Below, one piece after another: positions 38,677 through 47,057 of a DNA stretch of 64,000 nucleotides. The notes beneath the pieces were generated by a model. The model saw only the letters and a list, made by a program, of their open reading frames with translations. It had not been told where the DNA came from and made no database searches. The DNA is from Thermoanaerobaculia bacterium. Lineage in GTDB: Bacteria; Acidobacteriota; Thermoanaerobaculia; Gp7-AA8. The stretch lies in NCBI GenBank assembly GCA_035525015.1, contig DATLFC010000074.1, forward strand, positions 3,277 to 67,276, read 5' to 3'. Numbering within the stretch: the first letter of the stretch is position 1; every line of letters starts with the position of its first letter. The translations under genes were made by a program, and so were the position numbers.

Positions 38677-39800
38677 CTATCGGCCGGCGTTCGCCGCCGC
38701 CTTCCTCTGGTCCCGATAAAACTGCCGCTGGTAGACCTCGACGTTGCGGTTGTGCTCGTCGAGATTCGTCGAGAAGGCGTGCGTCCCGTCCTGACGGGCG
38801 ACGAAATAGAGGAGGTTCGTCGTCGCCGGCGCGGAGGCGGCGCGAAGCGAGGCCAGACCCGGGTTGGCGATCGGACCGGGGGGGAGGCCGCGGTATCGGT
38901 AGGTGTTGTAGGGCGAGTCGATCTGCAGGTCTGGTTTCCGGATGTTGCCGTCCCACCGCCCGTCGAGTTTGAGGGCGTAAATCACGGTGGGATCGGCGCC
39001 GAGGAGCATGTTTTTCCGGATGCGGTTCACGTAGACCGACGCCACGATCGGGCGTTCGTCGGCGATGCGCGCCTCGGTTTCGACGATCGAGGCGAGGATC
39101 ACGGTGTCGTGGAGGGAGAGCCCGGTCGCGATCAGCGCCATCTCCTTGACGAAGTTCCTGCGGAAGTTGTCGACCATGGAGCGGACGATCGTCGGCACCG
39201 GCGTTCCCGGCGCGAACTTGTACGTGTCGGGGAAGAGATACCCTTCGAGTGACTCCGCCTCGGGCGCGATGTCGCGCACCGGCTCGGAATCGCTCGTGGC
39301 CGCCTCCCACTGCTCGTCGGTGCCGAACCCTGCCTCGGCAAAGAGGCGGCCGACGGCAAAGCGATCGAGTCCCTCGCGCACGGTCACCGACTCGAGGATC
39401 ACATCACCACGAATGAGCTTGTCGAGAACGTCGACGGCCGACATCGGCCGATCGAACTCGTAGAGGCCGGCCTTCACCGAATCGCGGTTGCGGAGGAGCT
39501 TCATGTAGATCAGCGGCACGTACTCGTCGCGCAGGACGCCCTCTCCCTGCAGGTGGCGGAGGATCGTTGCCGTGCGCATACCCCTGCGCACTTCGAACCG
39601 CTTCGCCGGCTCCTCGTAGCCGCGATAGGGAGACTGGAGTGCGCTCCAGAAGAACCAGACCGCGCCGGCGAGAAGGAGGATCCCGAAGACGCCGATCGTG
39701 ACGAGCGACTGGACGTACTTGCGGCAACCGCGCCGCGACCGAGGGCGGCCGGCTATGACGTCCTCCCGGCGCGGGCGTCGAGATAAGACTGGAGGATGAC
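38677..39800 (-). CDS. mltG: Endolytic murein transglycosylase MltG (YceG-like)
   Basis: N-terminal transmembrane helix and a YceG domain (YRGLPPGPIANPG). Start is approximate (non-ATG, near 39790-39800) because the ORF runs open into ruvX. Confidence 0.75.
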
Positions 39801-40160
39801 CGTGGCGGCGTACATGTCGATGTCGTCTGTCCTTTTCCGCCGTCTGCGGCCTCCGGCGCGCAGCCGCTCCGCAGCCTCGACGGTACTGAGGGTTTCGTCC
39901 CAGAGAATGACCGGTTTGCAGGTTTTTTGCCGCAAGCGCTCGGCGAGGTCGTGGAACTTCTGCTCGCCGGCCGCGCTGCGGGGGCGGCGCGGCAGACCGA
40001 GGATCAGCGTCTCCGCTCCGATCTGGCCGGCGATCTCGGCGATCCGGGCCACCACGTCCCCCTCGTTCCGAAGCACGGAATGAGGAGAGGCCAGGAGACC
40101 GGAGTCGCTGACCGCGATGCCGATCCGCTTCCCGCCGTAGTCGATGGCCATCAGGGACAT
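39753..40160 (-). CDS. ruvX: Holliday-junction resolvase-like RuvX (YqgF)
   Basis: MAIDYGGKRIGIAVSD is the RNase H-like YqgF signature. This is the conserved ruvX-mltG gene pair. Confidence 0.9.
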   Translation of the reverse strand: MSLMAIDYGGKRIGIAVSDSGLLASPHSVLRNEGDVVARIAEIAGQIGAETLILGLPRRPRSAAGEQKFHDLAERLRQKTCKPVILWDETLSTVEAAERLRAGGRRRRKRTDDIDMYAATVILQSYLDARAGRTS

Positions 40161-40230
40161 CCACCGATTCTAGGACAGTCCCTCGCGGATCGATGCCGAC
40201 CGGCTACAATGGCGCGGCCCGGAGGCTCCG

Positions 40231-41376
40231 ATGAAAAACTTCAATCTCGACGCCATCCTCGAGGCGATGCTGAAGATGTCTGACCGGGTGTCGGACCTGA
40301 ATTTCTCCGTCGGGCGGCAGCCTCAGGTCGAGGTCGACGGGCAGCTCGCGGCGGTCAACTTCCCGGGCCTTCCCCGTCTGACGCCGTACCAGACCGAGAT
40401 GATCGCCATGCACATGCTGCGCGGCGACCGCGAGGCCACCCGGACCCTGGTGCAGAACGGGTCGATCGACGTCTCCTACTCCATCCCCGGCAAGACGCGG
40501 TTCCGAGTGAACATCTTCTCGCAGCGCGGTACGTACGCCATCGTGCTCCGCGTCATCCCCGACGGCATCCCCAGCCTGGAGTCGCTGAAGTTTCCCAAAG
40601 AGCTTTACAACATTCCGAAACTGAAGAACGGAATCGTCCTCGTCACCGGACCAACGGGGTCGGGGAAGTCGACCACGCTTGCCGCCTTGATCAATCAGAT
40701 CAACCTGGATCACGCCTATCACATCCTCACCATCGAGGATCCGGTGGAGTACATGCACCGGCACATCAAGTCGACAGTGAATCAGCGCGAAGTGGGGTCC
40801 GACACGAAGACGTTCGCGCTGGCGCTCCGCGCCGCGCTCCGGCAGGCGCCGAAGGTGATCCTCATCGGCGAGATGCGCGATGTCGAGACCATCGAGATCG
40901 CCATGGAGGCGGCCGAGACGGGGCACCTGGTGCTCTCCACGCTGCACACCATCGATGCGGCGAAGACGGTCGACCGCATCATCGGCGTCTTCCCGAAGGA
41001 TCAGGAGCCGCAGATCCGGACGCGCTTTTCGCAGTCGTTCCGATACGTCATCTCGCAGCGTCTTCTTCCGAAGGTCGGAGGCGGGCGTGTGGCGGCGCTG
41101 GAGATCCTCAAATCGACGATGCGCACGCGCGACTACGTGATGAAGGGAGAGACGGAAGGCCGGTCTCTGACCGATGCCATGCACGACGGGCAGGTCGACG
41201 GCATGCAGACCTTCGACGACGAGATCGAAAAGCTCTGGAACAACGGCATGATCTCGAAGGAGACCGCCCTGGCCTATGCCACCAACCCCACCAATCTCGC
41301 GCTTCGCATGACCGACGAGCCCACCTCGGCGGGGAAGAAGTCGGACGAGAACTCGATGCTGTCGATGCTGGAGTGA
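40231..41376 (+). CDS. pilT: Type IV pilus retraction ATPase PilT
   Basis: Walker A GPTGSGKSTT, the Asp box, Walker B, and the His box GHLVLSTLHT. 381 aa with an AIRNLIRE-like C-terminus. Confidence 0.9.
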   Translation: MKNFNLDAILEAMLKMSDRVSDLNFSVGRQPQVEVDGQLAAVNFPGLPRLTPYQTEMIAMHMLRGDREATRTLVQNGSIDVSYSIPGKTRFRVNIFSQRGTYAIVLRVIPDGIPSLESLKFPKELYNIPKLKNGIVLVTGPTGSGKSTTLAALINQINLDHAYHILTIEDPVEYMHRHIKSTVNQREVGSDTKTFALALRAALRQAPKVILIGEMRDVETIEIAMEAAETGHLVLSTLHTIDAAKTVDRIIGVFPKDQEPQIRTRFSQSFRYVISQRLLPKVGGGRVAALEILKSTMRTRDYVMKGETEGRSLTDAMHDGQVDGMQTFDDEIEKLWNNGMISKETALAYATNPTNLALRMTDEPTSAGKKSDENSMLSMLE

Positions 41377-41380
41377 GCGG

Positions 41381-42016
41381 ATGATCAAGATCACCTGCAC
41401 GAGCTGCCAGAAGCCGCTCTCGCTCGACGAGACGAAGCTTCCGATGAAGGAAGTGAGCTTTCCCTGCCCGGTGTGCAAGACGAAGCTGACGGTGGACCGG
41501 CGCAATCTGACCGCCGAGGGCCCGGCGTCTCCCGCGGCATCGCGGGGCGTGCCGGCTGCGCCGGTTCAGGACAACGGCGACGACGACAACGAGAACGAGT
41601 TCGGCGCGAAGGCTTTCCTGGTCGGCACCGACAGCCCGGCGCTGCGCCAGGCGGCGAAGCTCATCGGATACCTGCCGGTCTTCTACGCCACGGCCGAGCA
41701 GGCCCGCGACCGTTTCATGCAGGACGCGCCGCAGGTTGTGTTTCTCAGCCCGCCCCAGATGACGCCGCCGCCGCTCGAGGCCATGCAGCCGATCATCGGG
41801 CTGCTGCCGGCGGACCGGAGGAAGTCGTTCTTCATCCTCATCTCCGACAATCTGCGCACGCTGGACGGCAATGCCGCGTTTCTCTACGGCGTGAATCTGA
41901 TCGTGGCTACGAAAGACCTCGGCAATTTCTCGCAGATCTTCCGTGACGCCTACGGCTACCACGAGCGGCTCTACGCGAGCATGAATTCGGTGCTGCGGGC
42001 GATGGAAGGCGGCTGA
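41381..42016 (+). CDS. MJ0042-type zinc-ribbon protein with degenerate receiver-like domain
   Basis: N-terminal CxxC...CPxC (CTSCQK...CPVCKT). The C-terminal half has a REC-like alpha/beta pattern but lacks a phospho-acceptor Asp (LSPPQM). 4 nt downstream of the pilT stop. Confidence 0.5.
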   Translation: MIKITCTSCQKPLSLDETKLPMKEVSFPCPVCKTKLTVDRRNLTAEGPASPAASRGVPAAPVQDNGDDDNENEFGAKAFLVGTDSPALRQAAKLIGYLPVFYATAEQARDRFMQDAPQVVFLSPPQMTPPPLEAMQPIIGLLPADRRKSFFILISDNLRTLDGNAAFLYGVNLIVATKDLGNFSQIFRDAYGYHERLYASMNSVLRAMEGG

Positions 42017-42025
42017 CCGCCCTAC

Positions 42026-42556
42026 TCAGTGCGCCTGGACACCTTCGGGATACTGCACGAACACGCCGCGGGTGAAGAGGATGTCATCGTTGAAGTTCGT
42101 CACCCCTCCGCCGGGGCTGGAGGCGTCGGCATCCCATCCCTCCGCGCCGTCAGGGGAGCCGTTCTTGCCGGCGGACCAGATCAGGTATTCGTCGGCCTTC
42201 GCCGGATCGCCCATCGGCTGATCGGCCCGGAAGCGAAACGGGTTGCCCCACCCGTCGAGACCGGGGACCACCTTGGAGTAGGTCGGAACGAGAGCGGTTC
42301 TAAGGTCGTCGTGGGAGACTGGTTCACTGCAGACGGTGATGATCGACAGCGCGCCGGCGGCGTTGTATCGGTGGAGGTCCGTCGAGCGCGCTTCCCACGC
42401 CGTGGCGATGGAACGGATGTCCGACATCGTTCGTTTCTGCCGCGCGCGGTGGAGCGCGTTGAGCAGGTTGGGAACGGCGATGGCGGCCAGGATCCCGATG
42501 ATCGCCACGACGATCAACAACTCGATGAGCGTAAACCCGCGGTCGTGCTTCCTCAT
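42026..42556 (-). CDS. Type IV pilin / pseudopilin (prepilin N-methylation domain), paralog 2
   Basis: Leader MRKHDRG followed by FTLIELLIVVAIIGILAAIA, the class III signal. C-terminus shared with paralog 1 (YPEGVQ). Confidence 0.8.
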   Translation of the reverse strand: MRKHDRGFTLIELLIVVAIIGILAAIAVPNLLNALHRARQKRTMSDIRSIATAWEARSTDLHRYNAAGALSIITVCSEPVSHDDLRTALVPTYSKVVPGLDGWGNPFRFRADQPMGDPAKADEYLIWSAGKNGSPDGAEGWDADASSPGGGVTNFNDDILFTRGVFVQYPEGVQAH

Positions 42557-42602
42557 AGTCTGGCTCCGTCTCTCTGCTTTCCGGAGCTCCGACCCCCCAT
42601 GT

Positions 42603-42630
42603 GGGGACGGGCGCCCGATGGCGCCCGTCC
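42603..42630 (-). terminator. Perfect 12-bp GC hairpin between the two pilin genes
   Basis: gggacgggcgcc-cgat-ggcgcccgtccc lies 28 nt downstream of the pilin-1 stop. It resembles an attenuating terminator after a major pilin gene. Confidence 0.55.
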
Positions 42631-42657
42631 CGCTGAACAACTAAAGGGTTCCGGAGG

Positions 42658-43152
42658 TTAGTTCTGCTGAACGCCCTCGGGGTACTGAATGAACGAACCG
42701 TTGGAGAAGATGATGTCGCTGTTGAAGTTCGTCGTTGCGCCGCCCAGGTACGTCCCGTCGGCTTTGGCGTCCTTGCCGGTCGAGTGGATCATGTAGTTCT
42801 GAGCCTGACCAGCAGCGCTGCCCCACGCCAGATCGGTGAGGAACGCGTAGGTGTTGCCCCAGCCGTCCTTCATCGGAAGGTTCTTGATGTACGTCGGCTG
42901 CAGCGCAGCCGGCAGCTGGGTGTGGACCTGCGCCGTCAACAGGGTGAGACCGGCCGCGTTGTAGCGGTTGAGGTCCGTCGCGCGCGCTTCCCACGCCGTC
43001 GCGATCGAACGCATGTCGGCCATCGTCCTCTTCTGCTTCGACCGCTGCATCGCGGTCAGAAGGTTCGGAATGGCGATTGCCGCGAGAATGCCGATGATCG
43101 CAACGACGATCAGCAGCTCAATGAGGGTGAAACCTTTCTGCTTCCTTGTCAT
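42658..43152 (-). CDS. Type IV major pilin candidate (prepilin), paralog 1
   Basis: ATG at 43152 preceded by AAGGAGGAAG-N5. Leader MTRKQKG then FTLIELLIVVAIIGILAAIA. The listed ORF extension begins at a TTG, not an ATG. Confidence 0.8.
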   Translation of the reverse strand: MTRKQKGFTLIELLIVVAIIGILAAIAIPNLLTAMQRSKQKRTMADMRSIATAWEARATDLNRYNAAGLTLLTAQVHTQLPAALQPTYIKNLPMKDGWGNTYAFLTDLAWGSAAGQAQNYMIHSTGKDAKADGTYLGGATTNFNSDIIFSNGSFIQYPEGVQQN

Positions 43153-43199
43153 GAACTTCCTCCTTTTCAAACCTCCCTAAGCGCAACCGGTGTACCAGT

Positions 43200-43214
43200 C
43201 GTCGTCGTTCGCGG
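43200..43214 (-). promoter_or_regulatory. Sigma-54-type -24/-12 element TGGTAC-N5-TTGC upstream of pilin 1
   Basis: The minus-strand sequence cTGGTACaccggTTGCg has GG-N10-GC spacing. It lies 48 nt upstream of the pilin ATG. Confidence 0.45.
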
Positions 43215-43306
43215 AAGCCCTTGTGTTGCAGATGTTTGTCGATTTTTGTCGATCGAGAATGGGCGCTGTTTTGACAGTAATTCTACCGCGCCGCTGACAG
43301 TTTTTG

Positions 43307-44728
43307 TCAGGCCGGGAAGGCCCACGTCCGGATGAGCCGGCGGGTGAATTCGAGCCCCCGGACGAAGTACGCCACCCGGAGGCGCTCGTCGGCGGCATGG
43401 ATGGACTCGCTCTGGAAAAAATCGACCGCGAAGGGATTGATTCCGTAGGCGTCGATTCCGCGCCGGCGCAGGAATCGTGAGTCGCTGGAGGAGCGACTCA
43501 GAAATTCCGTTCCGGCGGGCGCCTGAAACTCGGCCGATGCCTCGCGGGCCAGCAGCTCGTAGAACGGTGTGTTCGCCGAGGAGACCGGAACCGGCTCGGC
43601 GGCGTTGCGCACCCTCTCGATCCGCGCGCCGAACGGGGCGATGACTTCGGTAAGCCATTCGATCCGTCCGGCCGGCTCCTCGTCCGGCAGGCTGAGAAAC
43701 GTCACGGCCATCCTGAAGTCGCCTTCCGGCCGCGGCTCGATCTGCCAGACGAACACGTTGTTCTGCGTCAGCTCGCGGTAGCCGATCGGGAGCCGCCAGA
43801 ACTTTCCACGTGCGATCGTGCCGTCGATGTCGGCGAGCCATTCCCGAAACTGGATCCGCTGCGGCGCAATGTCGCGAAAAAAACGACGGACTTCCGGCAG
43901 CACGCGATGTGGCTCGGGGTCGGGGGTGAACCACGGTTCCAGGGCGATCCGTGCCTGCTGGAGTTGCCCGCGCGCCGGCGCGACGACCTCGACCGTGGTG
44001 TGGATCTTCGACCCGACTTCGATTCCGTAATACGTCACCCGCTCGGCCGACATCTCGGTGATGCCGCCTTCGTTCAGCGCGTAGCGGACGCCCTCCACGA
44101 CGTGCGGCCGGTGCTCGAGCAGCCACTTCATGCCCCAGGTCCCGCCGGCCTCTTCATCGGCCACGGCCAGGAAGACGAGATCGTGTTCCGGCTGACGCCC
44201 GCTCGCGGCGACGTCGAGGAATGCGCGGAGGAACACGATGCCGACGCTCTTCATGTCGAGTGCACCGCGGCCGTAGAGGTGATCGAGCCGGATGACTCCT
44301 TCGAACGGCGGATGCGACCACTCCGCCTCTCTGGCCGGTGCCACATCGATGTGATGCAGCAGGAGGAGACCCGATCCGTCGCGCTTCCCCTCGATACGCG
44401 CGTAGACGTTTCCGCGCCCGGGAGCGGACTCGATGACCTCGGCCTCCAGTCCCGCGGCGCGGATCAGTCCCGCCAGCCACTGCGCGGCCGGCATTTCGTT
44501 GCCGGGTGGATTCGAAGTGTCGAAGCGGATGTACTGCCGGACCAGTTCCACTTCCGGCGTGACGACGGTCGGCGTGGGGATGTAGGTGGCCTCGCGCTCG
44601 TGCTCCTCATCGAGGCGCTGCGAGTAGAGCCAGAGCCCGGCCGTCAGTGCCGCAGCGACGAGCACGACGATCGCGGCGACGATTCGTTCGTTGCGGTGCC
44701 GCCGTTTCCGTTCTTCAGGTGAGCGCAA
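43307..44728 (-). CDS. Membrane-anchored M20-family metallopeptidase (ArgE/DapE/CPG2-like)
   Basis: N-terminal transmembrane helix. M20 metal-binding motifs (LLLLHHIDVAPA, ALDMKS, AVADEEAGG, LNEGG). Confidence 0.8.
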   Translation of the reverse strand: MRSPEERKRRHRNERIVAAIVVLVAAALTAGLWLYSQRLDEEHEREATYIPTPTVVTPEVELVRQYIRFDTSNPPGNEMPAAQWLAGLIRAAGLEAEVIESAPGRGNVYARIEGKRDGSGLLLLHHIDVAPAREAEWSHPPFEGVIRLDHLYGRGALDMKSVGIVFLRAFLDVAASGRQPEHDLVFLAVADEEAGGTWGMKWLLEHRPHVVEGVRYALNEGGITEMSAERVTYYGIEVGSKIHTTVEVVAPARGQLQQARIALEPWFTPDPEPHRVLPEVRRFFRDIAPQRIQFREWLADIDGTIARGKFWRLPIGYRELTQNNVFVWQIEPRPEGDFRMAVTFLSLPDEEPAGRIEWLTEVIAPFGARIERVRNAAEPVPVSSANTPFYELLAREASAEFQAPAGTEFLSRSSSDSRFLRRRGIDAYGINPFAVDFFQSESIHAADERLRVAYFVRGLEFTRRLIRTWAFPA

Positions 44729-47057
44729 CGTTCCTCCGGAGGAGAGCGGTCAGCGCGAGGAGAGCCACCGCTGCCGCGCTGATCGCCGCGCCGAGCTCGA
44801 TCACTCGATTCCGGTAACGCATCGCCACCCGGTGTGTTCCACGCTCGACGACGATTCCCTGAAACCCGATGTTCGTGACGACCGGTGGGACCGGTCTGCC
44901 GTCGATCGAGACGCGCCAGTGGCGGTGCGGGGTGACGCTCATGACCAGAAACGACTTCCCGGCGGCCTCGACGTCGATCGACGCGCGGTTGGCGGTCTCG
45001 CGTACGGCGAGCACCTTCCCGTCAGCGGGTCTGAAGGGGCGGCCCTCGATGAAGGCAACGCGCGGGCCGTGGCGGCCGGCGACGAGATGGTGGACGAATT
45101 CCGCCCGGCCGCTGATGGGCACCAGCTGATCGGCGAAGTAATAGCGCGGGTGGTGTTCCCTCTCGACGAAGCGCACGGGGCGCGAGCTCTCGTAATCTGA
45201 CGCGCCGGCCGGCGTCTGGTTCTCCACGACTCCGACGTACCAGGCGTTGGCCATGGCCAGAAACGGCGTCAGCCAGTCCTGCCGGCCAGCGTTGCGCACG
45301 TCCCACATCGCTCTCGTGAATTCGGTCGACGGAGCGAGTGCCGTCTCGTCGTAGTCGCGTTCGAGCACCGTCTGCAGATCGTACGCGGCCGGCATCATCG
45401 GGAAAAGACCGTTCTTGACGATCCAGTACCTGGCGTCGCGCTGCGGGTATTCGAAACCGATCGTGTCCCCGCTTTGCCAGTCGGCGAGATGGAAGATTCG
45501 ATAGGCGTTCCGGTCGGGATGAAACCCATCCACCACGGGCGGCGTGGATGTGAAGAACCCCCCCGGCATCCGTGGATTCAGTTCCCGGACTACGAATCCG
45601 AGGTCGGCGATCACAAACAGAAGCGCTGCGCCGGCCCAGATCGTACGGCGGGACCGCACCGCGGTGGCGACGATCACGAAAAGAACGAGGCCGCGCCCCG
45701 CCGCGACGCTCCAGCCGGTCCAGGCGATGCCGGCCAACTGCACGGTGGCGGGATCCGCGCGGTCGAGACCGAAAAAGCCGGTCCACATCGTCAGAGAAGC
45801 CGGCCACAATCCCAGAAGCGACATGGCGGCGGCGGTGAGGGCCGTGGCAAGGGCGAATCCGGCCGCCGCGGATCGAATCGCCTTGTCTTCGTCGAGCAGC
45901 CGTTCGCAGACGCTGGCCGCGAAGACCGTGAGGACGAAGATCGCCATCAGAAGAAACTTTTCGGGATAGCGGATCTTCGTCGCCACGCCTGCGTCGTAGA
46001 GCAGGCGGAGGAGCGGTGTGTGGCTGCCGAGAGCCAGGAGCAGCGAAATCACCGTGACCGCGGCGACGAACGAGGTTCCGCGGGTGCGCCGGACGAATCC
46101 GGCGGCCGCCAGCGCGACGACGGCCAGGCCGGGGTAGATGCTGAAGAGGAACGGAGCACCCATGGGGGCGTACAGCCGGCCGCCCCAGTAGCGGATGTCG
46201 CCATCGCGCTGCACATGGCCGAGGAAGTTGGGGAAGACGAACTCGATCAGCTTCCCCCAGGGAGTGCTCCACGCCTCGACCAGCTGGAAGGGAAACGAAT
46301 GTGCGCGCGCGGAATCGCCGGCGTGATCGATCGCCGGAAGCAGCTGCACGGCACCGACCGCGAACGCCGCTCCGGCGATGAGCGCGATCCAGCCGATGTT
46401 GGCCGCCACCGCGAGGCCGCGCGCTTCCGATCGGAGGCCGCGGTAGATCGCATACATACCGAGGAGAAAGCCGGTCTGCAGGAGCGTGGTCGGCTCCGCC
46501 ACGAGGCACTGCAGTCCGAAAAAGAGTGCGGCGAGCGCGAAGTCGCGCGGCCGTCTGTCGATCAGGAACCGGCGGACGAAGAGACACGTCGCCGGCAGCC
46601 AGGCGGCGCAGAAGAGGATCGGCAGCAGGTTGATCCAGGAGAGAACGAGGCCGCCCATCCCCCAGGAGAGGGCGCCGAAGCAGGCCGCCGGTGCCCGGAT
46701 GCGCATCGAGCGCAGCAGCGCGTACATCGCCAGCAGCGCGACGTAGATGTGCACGAGGATGTGCAGCCGGTACCCGAGATCGAAGTCCGGGAGCATGAGC
46801 AGCCAGGTGAGTGGATAGAAGATCTCGTGTTCCGGATTGGCGGCCAGCGGCTGTCCGGCGTGGAAGTAGCGGTTCCAGAGGGGGAACTCGCCGCCTTCGA
46901 CGATCCGGCCGTAAATCTGCTTCGTGGGGTAGTAGTAGCGGGTCAGATCGCGCGCGGCGAAATTCGTGAGGCCCAGCAGCACGTCGCCGAAGAAGAGCGT
47001 CGGCAGCAGGAGAAGGAGGGCGACGGCGAGGAGATCGTGCCGCTGCGGGGCCCTCAT
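44715..47057 (-). CDS. YfhO-family GT-C membrane glycosyltransferase, tandem paralog 1 of 3
   Basis: 780 aa. N-terminus RDLTRYYYPTKQ...GEFPLWNRYFHAGQPLAANPEHEIFYP. 12-14 transmembrane helices and a C-terminal periplasmic domain. ATGA overlap with the upstream paralog. Confidence 0.75.
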   Translation of the reverse strand: MRAPQRHDLLAVALLLLLPTLFFGDVLLGLTNFAARDLTRYYYPTKQIYGRIVEGGEFPLWNRYFHAGQPLAANPEHEIFYPLTWLLMLPDFDLGYRLHILVHIYVALLAMYALLRSMRIRAPAACFGALSWGMGGLVLSWINLLPILFCAAWLPATCLFVRRFLIDRRPRDFALAALFFGLQCLVAEPTTLLQTGFLLGMYAIYRGLRSEARGLAVAANIGWIALIAGAAFAVGAVQLLPAIDHAGDSARAHSFPFQLVEAWSTPWGKLIEFVFPNFLGHVQRDGDIRYWGGRLYAPMGAPFLFSIYPGLAVVALAAAGFVRRTRGTSFVAAVTVISLLLALGSHTPLLRLLYDAGVATKIRYPEKFLLMAIFVLTVFAASVCERLLDEDKAIRSAAAGFALATALTAAAMSLLGLWPASLTMWTGFFGLDRADPATVQLAGIAWTGWSVAAGRGLVLFVIVATAVRSRRTIWAGAALLFVIADLGFVVRELNPRMPGGFFTSTPPVVDGFHPDRNAYRIFHLADWQSGDTIGFEYPQRDARYWIVKNGLFPMMPAAYDLQTVLERDYDETALAPSTEFTRAMWDVRNAGRQDWLTPFLAMANAWYVGVVENQTPAGASDYESSRPVRFVEREHHPRYYFADQLVPISGRAEFVHHLVAGRHGPRVAFIEGRPFRPADGKVLAVRETANRASIDVEAAGKSFLVMSVTPHRHWRVSIDGRPVPPVVTNIGFQGIVVERGTHRVAMRYRNRVIELGAAISAAAVALLALTALLRRNVALT

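Noticed and set aside
43153-43170. Longer pilin start MKRRKF listed in the ORF track
   Set aside because: The codon at 43170 is TTG, not ATG. The ATG at 43152 has a near-ideal SD and gives a canonical 7-aa prepilin leader.
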